Source: Saccharolobus solfataricus P2 (GTDB lineage Archaea > Thermoproteota > Thermoprotei_A > Sulfolobales > Sulfolobaceae). From it: 64,000 nt of DNA. Numbering within the stretch: position 1 is the stretch's first letter; the number at the start of each line of letters is the position of its first letter. The notes below the pieces were generated by a model that saw only the letters and a list, made by a program, of their open reading frames with translations, was not told where the DNA came from and ran no database searches. This document shows, piece after piece, positions 55,906 to 64,000 of the stretch. Where the stretch lies: assembly GCF_000007005.1 (NCBI RefSeq), contig NC_002754.1. The stretch is one strand, 5' to 3'. A program made the position numbers and the translations under genes.

Positions 55906-58900
55906 TTGACAAGCATCAATAAAGTCCCACCCTCAATTTATACTAGGTCATGTCCCAATTGTGGAGGAAATATATCATCTCAGAGATTATTTAATGGTTC
56001 CGTATGCGAATCATGCCTAAAGGATGATAGAGAGTTTAGTAATTTATCTGATCTCATTAATATCCTTTCTGAAAATAGTAATTTGAAAAATCTTACTCAA
56101 ATACGTGATGTATTAGAAGAGTACAAGAAAGTTGAAGAAATATTCGGTAAATTATTAAATAATTCAAAACCTATAGGTCCTCAAAGGTCGTGGACAATAA
56201 GGTTCTTAAGAGGAGAGAGTTTTGCAATCATAGCACCTCCCGGTTTAGGTAAAACGACCTTTGGTTTAATAATGTCCCTATATAATGCTACTCGTAATAG
56301 GAAATCTATCATCATTTTCCCAACGAGGACCTTAATCTCACAAACAGTAGATAAATTGGCAAAATTTTCTGAATTGTACTCATATTCGCCTAGGATACTT
56401 TATAATAAGCAATCTCCTACTCAGACTGAGAACATATTAGACCAACTTAAGAGTGGGAATTTTGACATATTCATTTCAACGAATAGATTTGTAATTCAGA
56501 ATTTATCTGAGTTATCAAATATAAAGTTTGACTTCATTTTCGTAGATGATGTCGACGCTGCGTTAAAGTCTGGAAAAAGTGCTAAGGCGATACTTCGGTT
56601 GGTAGGATTTACTGATGAAGACATTCAAACGACCATGAAATTACTTAGAGAAAATATTGGGGAGGAGGAGAAGTTTGGAAAAATTCAAGAGATTAGAGAA
56701 AGTAGGTTAAAGGACAAGATAGTAATTTTCTCCTCTGCAACCATTAGTAGAGGAAATCCCATACTCTCATCGCTTATGGGTTTTAGACCCGGGAGTTCTG
56801 TGATATATCTAAGGAATATTTATGACTCTTATATTGATCTAACTCAAACTTGTAAAGGACAAGATTTTGAAGAGTGCACTCTTGGTACCGTTATCAAACT
56901 TCTTAAAAGACTTAATGATGGTACTTTGATTTTTGTACCCATAGATAAGGGTGCCCAATATGCAGACTATCTAGCTTCGAATTTGAGAGATCATGGGATA
57001 AATGTGGAATCTGTTGCATCATCTTCTATCTCCAAACTGGAGAAATTTGAAAGAGGTGAGGTAAGCTCTTTAGTCGGAGTGGCTACACATTACGGAGTTT
57101 TAGTGAGAGGAATAGACTTACCATGGAGGGTAAAATATTCAATATTTGTGGGGATACCAAAATTTAAGTTCAAAATTGGCGAATATATGCATCCATTAGC
57201 GTTAACCAGATTGCTAAGCTTAGTATACTTAGTGAAGAATGATGATAAAGTAAGGGGTCTACTTAGTTATATTCGTAAGAGGTTAAGAAAAATAAGCCCT
57301 GCGGCCTTAGCGATGTTAGCTAAGGATATAAGAGAGGGAAAGATCGATGATGAGAGGTTAAAGGAAGCATATAATTTAGTTAATGAGTATCTAAAAGATA
57401 ATGAGTTTTTGAAAAAAGTATCTGATGTTGGAGATTTGGTAATAGAAGGGGATTATATTCTAATGCCAGATTACCTAACCTATATTCAAGCTAGTGGTAG
57501 AACATCTAGACTTTACGGCGCTAATTTAACTACTGGTCTTTCAGTATTATTAATAGATAATTCTAGATTATTTGAGTTACTTAATAAAAAATTAAATTTA
57601 ATTTTAGATGAAGTAAAATGGTATTCACTAGATATTGATGCAGATAAACTTGGACAAGTAAGTCTAAGCGATATCTCAGCTAAAATAACAGAAGAAAGAG
57701 AGAGTTTAAGTAAAATCAAGAAAGAAGGAAACGTCGAATCATCATCCCTTAGTGTTAAGACTACTTTATTTATAGTTGAATCTCCTAACAAGGCTAAGAC
57801 TATTTCAAACTTCTTTTCTAGACCGTCTACGAGATCATATGGTAAGCTTAGAGTTTATGAGACAGTACTTGGAGATAGAGTCTTAATTGTAGCAGCTAGT
57901 GGTGGGCATATTTATGATCTAATAACGGAAGATGAAAGTGAAAAGCAAGATGACAACTACGTGTATGGAGTACTAGTGAAAGATAGTAAATTTATTCCAA
58001 TTTATTCTACTATAAAGAAATGTGAAAAAGGTCATCAGATAGTAAAAGATCTAAGTCAAAATAAATGCCCTATTTGTGGATCCAGAATAGTAACTGACAA
58101 AACAGAAGTAGTAGATATATTAAGGAAACTGGCTCTTGAAGTAGACGAAGTTCTTATAGGTACTGACCCTGATACTGAAGGGGAAAAGATTGCTTGGGAT
58201 ATATATCTGGCTATCCGTCCGTTTAATGGTAATATAAAAAGGGCAGAATTTCATGAGGTTACCAGAAGAGCGATACTTAATGCAATAAAGAACCCGAGGG
58301 AATTTAACGATAACCTAGTTAAATCTCAAATTGTAAGAAGAATTGAGGATAGATGGATTGGATTTAAATTATCACGAAAACTACAAACAGAATTTTGGGA
58401 ACAACACTGTACATCTATATCTAAGAAAAATAGCAAAGATGAAGAATGCAAAGAAAATCGTAATCTAAGTGCGGGTAGAGTCCAAACTCCAGTATTGGAT
58501 TGGGTAGTTAATAGATACCAAAAATATAACGAAAATAAGAAGAAGTACCTTATTATAGAGTCTCAAGATAAATCAATCTTTCCCTTTAGTGTATTGGCTT
58601 TAAAGAAGAATGGCTTATCTAAAAATACTCAAATAATTATACATCTAGAAGATATAAATATAAAAGAAGAGGAATTTGGACCCTTGCCACCATACACTAC
58701 GGATACACTACTATCTGACGCTGCTAACCTTTTGAGAATTCCCGCATCAGATACTATGAGAGTAGCCCAAGATCTTTTCGAATTAGGTTTGATAACTTAT
58801 CATAGAACTGATAGTACTAGGGTATCAAATGTTGGTATAAGTGTAGCAGAAACTTATCTTAAATCTAAACAAGTTGACATTTCCAAAATATTTAGACCAA

Positions 58901-59634
58901 GATCTTGGGGAGAAGGAGGTGCACATGAAGCTATAAGACCTACCAAACCCCTAGATGAGACAATGTTAAAGGCATCCATAGAACAAGGGGACTTAGAACT
59001 ATCCAAACAATTGACTTTTAACCATTTTAGAGTATATAATCTAATATTTAGGAGGTTCATTACTAGTCAACTACCACCACTAGTAGTAACTAAACAGATA
59101 GTTAGGATAAGGGCGTATACTAAGGACAACATTGAATTGGAATTGGATGAGAATAAGAAGGAATTTGTTATTGGGTATAAATTAAAGGAAGGAGATGAAT
59201 TTAGACAAACATTACAAGACGCTATTTATACTCTATTTAGGCTTTATCAACCTTTAGATGAAAAAATGAAAGGGAAAGAGCTTTCTGCAACAATAACAGG
59301 CACATTAAATAAGAGTGATGTGCAGTTATATACTGAAGGAGAGTTGATAAGTGAGATGAAAAGTAAACAAATCGGAAGACCGAGCACGTACGCAGTAATA
59401 ATCTCTACTTTAAAGAAGAGAAGATACATTATAGAATCAAAAAATTTGAAGAAAATAATACCAACTAAATTAGGTATGGCAGTAAAAGAGTATCTTATGG
59501 AAAATTATAAACAGATAGTATCTGAGAAACGAACTGTGAAATTACTGGAAAAGATGAACGAGGTAGAGGAGGGTAAAGTTGATTATTTAGTACTCTTAAA
59601 AGAATTATATAATGAAATACAAACAATTAGTTAG
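55906..59634 (+). CDS. rgy: Reverse gyrase (TopR1)
   Basis: N-terminal Zn finger [27 protein letters not shown], topoisomerase IA domain with [25 protein letters not shown]-like motif. Confidence 0.98.
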   Translation: MTSINKVPPSIYTRSCPNCGGNISSQRLFNGSVCESCLKDDREFSNLSDLINILSENSNLKNLTQIRDVLEEYKKVEEIFGKLLNNSKPIGPQRSWTIRFLRGESFAIIAPPGLGKTTFGLIMSLYNATRNRKSIIIFPTRTLISQTVDKLAKFSELYSYSPRILYNKQSPTQTENILDQLKSGNFDIFISTNRFVIQNLSELSNIKFDFIFVDDVDAALKSGKSAKAILRLVGFTDEDIQTTMKLLRENIGEEEKFGKIQEIRESRLKDKIVIFSSATISRGNPILSSLMGFRPGSSVIYLRNIYDSYIDLTQTCKGQDFEECTLGTVIKLLKRLNDGTLIFVPIDKGAQYADYLASNLRDHGINVESVASSSISKLEKFERGEVSSLVGVATHYGVLVRGIDLPWRVKYSIFVGIPKFKFKIGEYMHPLALTRLLSLVYLVKNDDKVRGLLSYIRKRLRKISPAALAMLAKDIREGKIDDERLKEAYNLVNEYLKDNEFLKKVSDVGDLVIEGDYILMPDYLTYIQASGRTSRLYGANLTTGLSVLLIDNSRLFELLNKKLNLILDEVKWYSLDIDADKLGQVSLSDISAKITEERESLSKIKKEGNVESSSLSVKTTLFIVESPNKAKTISNFFSRPSTRSYGKLRVYETVLGDRVLIVAASGGHIYDLITEDESEKQDDNYVYGVLVKDSKFIPIYSTIKKCEKGHQIVKDLSQNKCPICGSRIVTDKTEVVDILRKLALEVDEVLIGTDPDTEGEKIAWDIYLAIRPFNGNIKRAEFHEVTRRAILNAIKNPREFNDNLVKSQIVRRIEDRWIGFKLSRKLQTEFWEQHCTSISKKNSKDEECKENRNLSAGRVQTPVLDWVVNRYQKYNENKKKYLIIESQDKSIFPFSVLALKKNGLSKNTQIIIHLEDINIKEEEFGPLPPYTTDTLLSDAANLLRIPASDTMRVAQDLFELGLITYHRTDSTRVSNVGISVAETYLKSKQVDISKIFRPRSWGEGGAHEAIRPTKPLDETMLKASIEQGDLELSKQLTFNHFRVYNLIFRRFITSQLPPLVVTKQIVRIRAYTKDNIELELDENKKEFVIGYKLKEGDEFRQTLQDAIYTLFRLYQPLDEKMKGKELSATITGTLNKSDVQLYTEGELISEMKSKQIGRPSTYAVIISTLKKRRYIIESKNLKKIIPTKLGMAVKEYLMENYKQIVSEKRTVKLLEKMNEVEEGKVDYLVLLKELYNEIQTIS

Positions 59635-59636
59635 GA

Positions 59637-60518
59637 ATGGTGAAAAAGTTTATGCTTATAGCTTTAGTCCATTTAAGGCTTAAAGAATTGTCAAGGAAAC
59701 ATAATCTAGAGAAAGCTAAAAAACTAATAAGACAAGCAAAAGATAAAGGTGCAAAATTAGTTATACTACCTTCTCTGTTCCCTTCTGGAAACATGTTTGA
59801 AATATACGATAACGACAAAAAGCTAAGAAGTTTTATTAAAAACCTTGCAGAAAAAATTCCTGGTAACAATACTGATACTCTAATAAATCTCGCTATGGAT
59901 GGGGAGGTTCATGTAATAGTTGGTCCTATTTTGGAACAAGCTGGCCCTAAAATATTCCTTACTTCCCTTATAATATCGCCACAAGGAGAGATTATAGGGA
60001 AATATAGGAAAACTGTGTTATCTGAAAAGGATATAAGGCTGGGCATATCGGCGGGAAAAGAACCAGTTAATGTAGTTCTTGATAGAAAATATGGTATTAT
60101 CGCTGAGGACGATATTTTCTCGCCAGAGATCAGCAGACTACTAGCTATGGGAGGTTCAGAAATAGTTATTGGTACAATGAAGGCCCTGGGAAAAGAGCAG
60201 CAGGTTATAAAACATCTTGCCATAGCAAGGACCATAGAGAACGGAATACCTTATTTGATAGTAGGGGAAAGTATAGAGGATGAAGAGGGAGAAATTATAG
60301 GATACTCGCCAACTTTCATTACCTCTCCAGATAATTTGATAAGCAAGGAGGCTGAAGAAGATGATAGTTTACTATTTGTCGAAAGCTCAATCTTGTCATC
60401 GTCAAAACAAACGTCATTAACTTATCTAGAACCGATAATAAACGGTCTTTGTAAAGGTGTAAAAAAGATTAAAGGGGAGGCAAAGAAGAGATCTGCTTCT
60501 ACAATGGAAGAGGAGTAA
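59637..60518 (+). CDS. Carbon-nitrogen hydrolase (nitrilase) fold protein lacking the catalytic Glu and Cys
   Basis: [32 protein letters not shown]. Confidence 0.8.
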   Translation: MVKKFMLIALVHLRLKELSRKHNLEKAKKLIRQAKDKGAKLVILPSLFPSGNMFEIYDNDKKLRSFIKNLAEKIPGNNTDTLINLAMDGEVHVIVGPILEQAGPKIFLTSLIISPQGEIIGKYRKTVLSEKDIRLGISAGKEPVNVVLDRKYGIIAEDDIFSPEISRLLAMGGSEIVIGTMKALGKEQQVIKHLAIARTIENGIPYLIVGESIEDEEGEIIGYSPTFITSPDNLISKEAEEDDSLLFVESSILSSSKQTSLTYLEPIINGLCKGVKKIKGEAKKRSASTMEEE

Positions 60519-60521
60519 TTT

Positions 60522-60854
60522 TTAAGATGCTGCTATATATATTTCTAATCTTCTATTCTTAGAATATAACTTTACTACGTTTTGGTTTTCTAACTCCTTT
60601 AGTATTTTTCTAGCTACACTAATGCTTATTCCCGATTTGGTAGCTAAGGCGTACGGGGTTATGATACTCTCCTTCTTTATTTCATCTAGAACTTTCTTTT
60701 TAGTTTCTTCATCTATAGTTACAGCTCTACTAATTATCTCTTTCCCAGTTTTAGACGGACCCTTCTTTTTCTCCTCTGCCTTCTGTTGTTTTTCAGCTTC
60801 CTTCTTTAATCTCTTTTCCATTGTTGAAATAGGTTTCTTCGAAGCTCCACCCAT
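60522..60854 (-). CDS. rps25e: 30S ribosomal protein eS25
   Basis: Lys-rich N-terminus; winged helix ITPYALATKSGISISVARKILKEL. Confidence 0.95.
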   Translation of the reverse strand: MGGASKKPISTMEKRLKKEAEKQQKAEEKKKGPSKTGKEIISRAVTIDEETKKKVLDEIKKESIITPYALATKSGISISVARKILKELENQNVVKLYSKNRRLEIYIAAS

Positions 60855-60902
60855 CTCTTACTCACTATGCTTTAAATTCCAATTCTGCCTAATAAATTAT
60901 AG

Positions 60903-61634
60903 ATGTCATCTGAATTATTAGAAGAGACCATAAGCAGAGTATCAAAGTTTGCTTCAATTTTTGGAATATCAAAATCGGAATTAAAAGTTTATTCATATCT
61001 CTTAATATATGGACGAGCAACTGCGAGAGAAGTCTCAAACAAGTTAAGCTTACCATACACTAAAGTATATAATGTCCTATCTAAACTAGAGGGAAGAGGG
61101 TGGGTTATAAAAATAGATAAGAGACCCGCAGTGTACGAGGCAATTCCTTTAAGAGATGTTTGGAATAAGATTAAAATTACTTTTCAAGAAAAATTGGACG
61201 AATTTGAAAAACAATTTATCGAGCCGATATCTAGTATTTTCTCCTCAAATATGGCATATAATATAGTTGTTATACCAAGAGATAATATTATGGATAATGC
61301 ACTAAGACTACTCAAGGACTACAGCAAGATGTATTTAGTTGCAATATCCTATCAAGAGTTCGTAAGAAGCGATATTATAGATATATTAAGGGCTAATTCG
61401 CTTAAAGCAGAGACTAAAATAATAGTCGACAAAAGCGTTAATTTACCAGATATCTCATCAGCTCAAGTTAAGAGAGCTCAATCGCTATTTGGCAGTGGTA
61501 TAATCACATCTGACTCAATTCTCCTAGTCATAAAGAATAATGATATATTAACTGGTCTATTTTCAAATCATAAATATCTAATAGACATCGGCACAGTATA
61601 TTTTAATCACTTATGGTCTACATTACCGGGATAA
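60903..61634 (+). CDS. TrmB-family transcriptional regulator
   Basis: FGISKSELKVY..LL..G.ATA.EVS....LPYTKVY.VL..LE.RGWV. Confidence 0.9.
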   Translation: MSSELLEETISRVSKFASIFGISKSELKVYSYLLIYGRATAREVSNKLSLPYTKVYNVLSKLEGRGWVIKIDKRPAVYEAIPLRDVWNKIKITFQEKLDEFEKQFIEPISSIFSSNMAYNIVVIPRDNIMDNALRLLKDYSKMYLVAISYQEFVRSDIIDILRANSLKAETKIIVDKSVNLPDISSAQVKRAQSLFGSGIITSDSILLVIKNNDILTGLFSNHKYLIDIGTVYFNHLWSTLPG

Positions 61635-61677
61635 CTCTTATAAATGTTATAAAATTAACTATGCTATTTGAGTTTCT

Positions 61678-61830
61678 ATGAAAATAATAACGGTAAAACT
61701 ACCAGAGCAGTTTCTGGAAGCAATAGACGAATTAGTTAATACGGGTAGATATGGTTCTAGAAGTGAAGTCATAAGAGCAGCAATAGGGGATTTTATACGG
61801 AAAGAACTATGGATAACTACAGAAGAGTAG
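61678..61830 (+). CDS. Small ribbon-helix-helix (CopG/Arc/MetJ) DNA-binding protein, 50 aa
   Basis: Own translation [50 protein letters not shown]; TTATAAAA box about 25 nt upstream. Below the ORF-track length cutoff. Confidence 0.9.
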   Translation: MKIITVKLPEQFLEAIDELVNTGRYGSRSEVIRAAIGDFIRKELWITTEE

Positions 61831-61880
61831 ATGATGAAGGCTGGTATTTTTGATAAAGTGAAATAAGACACCAAAGCTGA
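61831..61880 (+). ncRNA. Box C/D guide sRNA directly after the RHH gene
   Basis: C ATGATGA, guide AGGCTGGTATTT, D' TTGA, degenerate C' GTGAAA, guide AAGACACCAAAG, D CTGA, followed by a T6 tract. Confidence 0.75.
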
Positions 61881-61930
61881 ACCTTTTTTGTCAAGTAGAA
61901 AGATACTTAACTAACTATTTTTCCTATTAT

Positions 61931-62701
61931 ATGATGCCATTAAACGAAGGAGATCCGGTAGTAATTTGGATAGATCCAAAAAGAGTATATATTTCCAAAC
62001 TGGAAAGAGGCAAAAGGCTTGATACTGATAAGGGAGTAGTATTTTACGACAATTTAATAGGTCTTGAATATGGTACCTCACTAACCTTGAAAACTGGTGT
62101 TAAAGCCTACTTACTAAAACCTACTATCCAAGATCTCTACTCCAAAGGGTTAAAGAGACCCTCACAAGTTCTATATCCTAAAGATATAGGATACATTTTA
62201 ACTACCCTTTCACTAAATCAAGTAAAGACAGTTATCGAAGCTGGAACTGGTTCTGGATTTCTTACAATCTCCTTAGCTTTAAGTTTAAGTGAGAACGCTA
62301 AGATCTATACTTATGATATAAGAGAAGATATGCAAAAAGTAGCTAAATTTAACGCAAATGTGTTGGGTGTTCAAGATAGGATAGTATTCAAATTGAAGGA
62401 TATAAGGGAAGGTATAGACGAGAAGGAGGTAGACGCAATTTTTCTAGATATGCCCGATCCATGGAACGCCATACCAAAGCTTTATGAGTCTCTGAAACCT
62501 TCGTCCACCATAATTATATTTGTTCCTACAGTAAATCAAATAGAGAAAACATACTTCGCAATGAAGAATTCTGGAATTATAGATATTCATGTAGAGGAAC
62601 TTATCTTGAGGGAGTATCAAGTTAAAGAGAACGCTATAAGGCCTAGAAATATAGGTATCATGCATACGGGTTTTATTATTAGGGGAAGAAAATCAATATA
62701 A
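61931..62701 (+). CDS. trmI: tRNA (adenine-N1)-methyltransferase TrmI
   Basis: [42 protein letters not shown]. Confidence 0.95.
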   Translation: MMPLNEGDPVVIWIDPKRVYISKLERGKRLDTDKGVVFYDNLIGLEYGTSLTLKTGVKAYLLKPTIQDLYSKGLKRPSQVLYPKDIGYILTTLSLNQVKTVIEAGTGSGFLTISLALSLSENAKIYTYDIREDMQKVAKFNANVLGVQDRIVFKLKDIREGIDEKEVDAIFLDMPDPWNAIPKLYESLKPSSTIIIFVPTVNQIEKTYFAMKNSGIIDIHVEELILREYQVKENAIRPRNIGIMHTGFIIRGRKSI

Positions 62702-62725
62702 GGTACTGTTATTGGAGTATATTTG

Positions 62726-63058
62726 ATGAGTGAAGTTAAGTTTAACGCATATTCTAAAGCGATAATGGAGTTTGAGGATGAAATAAAGAGAATAAAGAAA
62801 GAGATAGCAGATGATAGTAAAAGATTAATCACCCTTTCGGATTCTTATCTTTCTGAGTTAAGGGCAACTGCTGAGAAATCATTAGGAGATGTTCAGAAAT
62901 TATTGAACGATGAGAAAAAAAGGCAGTTAGATGAGATAAGAAATAAATATATTTCAGAACGAGAAAAACAATTAGAGGAGATAAGAAAAGAGGCTGAGAA
63001 GAATATCGATAAGGTTGTAAATGAGGTTATAAGGCAACTATTAGGTGTCTTTAAATGA
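62726..63058 (+). CDS. atpH: A-type ATP synthase peripheral stalk subunit H (V-type G-like)
   Basis: Highly charged coiled coil of about 110 aa; stop overlaps the start of subunit C. Confidence 0.7.
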   Translation: MSEVKFNAYSKAIMEFEDEIKRIKKEIADDSKRLITLSDSYLSELRATAEKSLGDVQKLLNDEKKRQLDEIRNKYISEREKQLEEIRKEAEKNIDKVVNEVIRQLLGVFK

Positions 63059-64000
63059 GTTATGCGATCTATTCTTTTATACATTCAATTTCCAGAACGC
63101 AAAAGGTTTCATTATTAACAAAAGGTTTAGTTAATGAATTAATAAGTAGTGAAAGTTGGAATAATGTTGCCTCTCTGCTTAAAGAAAGGGGAATAATTGA
63201 GGAACAACCAGCTAGTTTAGAAGATTTTGAATACATGCTCAAGTCTAGATCTCTTACACTATTAGAAAAGATAAGGAATTACTTTTCAATTTTTAGAGTA
63301 ACCTATAATATAGTTGACCTATATATTTATATGATATCTCTAGACGAATTGAAAAACATAATAGTTAGTATAGTTAACGGCACTGGTAATGGAAATAGTA
63401 ATAAAATAAGATTTTTTAGAAAGTACTTTGATCAAATACCATCTTCACTTGAGGAATTAATGAATAGTTTTAAGGGAAATGTATACGCTAATGCACTTTC
63501 ATACGCCATTAAGGATGGACAGGGAAAAAATATATCCTATCTTCTATCGCTACTTGATATCTATTTCATAAAGAAACTATCAGAGATTATAGAAGGTTTC
63601 AAGGGAGATTGGAAAAGCCTTGCTGAAAATATAATATGTTATTATAAAGATTACTATTCAATATCATTGGCAATTAAACATAAAACAGTAGAGAATACTG
63701 TTTGTAAAATCGGTACCGAGATACTTAAAGATCTCTCTTCTTCCACAAGTGATGCTGAAACACTTGATATTTTAAGACGAACTCAATACTCAAAGCTACT
63801 TAACGTAAATAGCACTTATGGGGCGCTCGCTAGCATGTATAGAATAGCGAGAATCAACGCCAGGAAGAACTCAGAGCTAGTATTTATGAGTTCTCCATTT
63901 AACCCTGCCTTAGCATTAGCATTAGCAGAACTAATACGTCTTGATACGGAAGATATAATAAGTATAGCGAATGCGAAAAGCCTACGATTAAAGGAAGAAA
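63055..64000 (+). CDS. atpC: A-type ATP synthase subunit C (3'-truncated by window edge)
   Basis: Own translation is open from ATG 63055 to the window end (>315 aa): ...SSPFNPALALALAELIRLDTEDIISIANAK..., typical of the subunit C C-terminus. Confidence 0.75.
   Translation, partial: MSYAIYSFIHSISRTQKVSLLTKGLVNELISSESWNNVASLLKERGIIEEQPASLEDFEYMLKSRSLTLLEKIRNYFSIFRVTYNIVDLYIYMISLDELKNIIVSIVNGTGNGNSNKIRFFRKYFDQIPSSLEELMNSFKGNVYANALSYAIKDGQGKNISYLLSLLDIYFIKKLSEIIEGFKGDWKSLAENIICYYKDYYSISLAIKHKTVENTVCKIGTEILKDLSSSTSDAETLDILRRTQYSKLLNVNSTYGALASMYRIARINARKNSELVFMSSPFNPALALALAELIRLDTEDIISIANAKSLRLKEE

Noticed and set aside
55841-55912. Apparent head-to-head overlap of cdc48 and reverse gyrase
   Set aside because: Artefact of the longest-ORF start. 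A TATA-supported ATG at 55840 leaves a 65-nt divergent promoter region.

Overview
A 64-kb AT-rich, gene-dense core-chromosome segment from a Sulfolobales archaeon. The PCNA1, PCNA3, Rpo13, aIF2-gamma, reverse gyrase and SlaA/SlaB sequences look like Saccharolobus (Sulfolobus) solfataricus; this is recognition from memory, not a database search. It runs from the 3' end of folE through glnA, xerA, glmS, mvk, the free-standing ThrRS editing protein, four tRNA genes around the slaAB S-layer operon, tmcA, cbf5, lhr, a riboflavin operon, split metE, the rps6e-aIF2g-rpoE cluster, cdc48 and reverse gyrase, and ends inside A-ATPase subunit C. No intact IS, provirus or CRISPR array was seen. Features the ORF track misses: a 22-nt bulge-helix-bulge intron in the catalytic Asp codon of cbf5; two C/D-box guide RNAs; a 50-aa ribbon-helix-helix gene; SSV-type integrase N-terminal scars at two, possibly three, tRNA genes; a ~66% identical 134-bp direct repeat bracketing the glycosyltransferase-tRNA-Ala-slaAB block; and a probable non-canonical start for the m5C methyltransferase. 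The best candidates for undescribed biology, all inferential, are a multi-TM HerA/FtsK-like ATPase upstream of rpo13-pcna1, motif-degenerate pseudo-enzymes (nitrilase fold behind reverse gyrase; acyl-CoA ligase/Trx/ABC ATPase trio), an HTH-PBP sensor, and the S-layer locus sitting in an integration hotspot.
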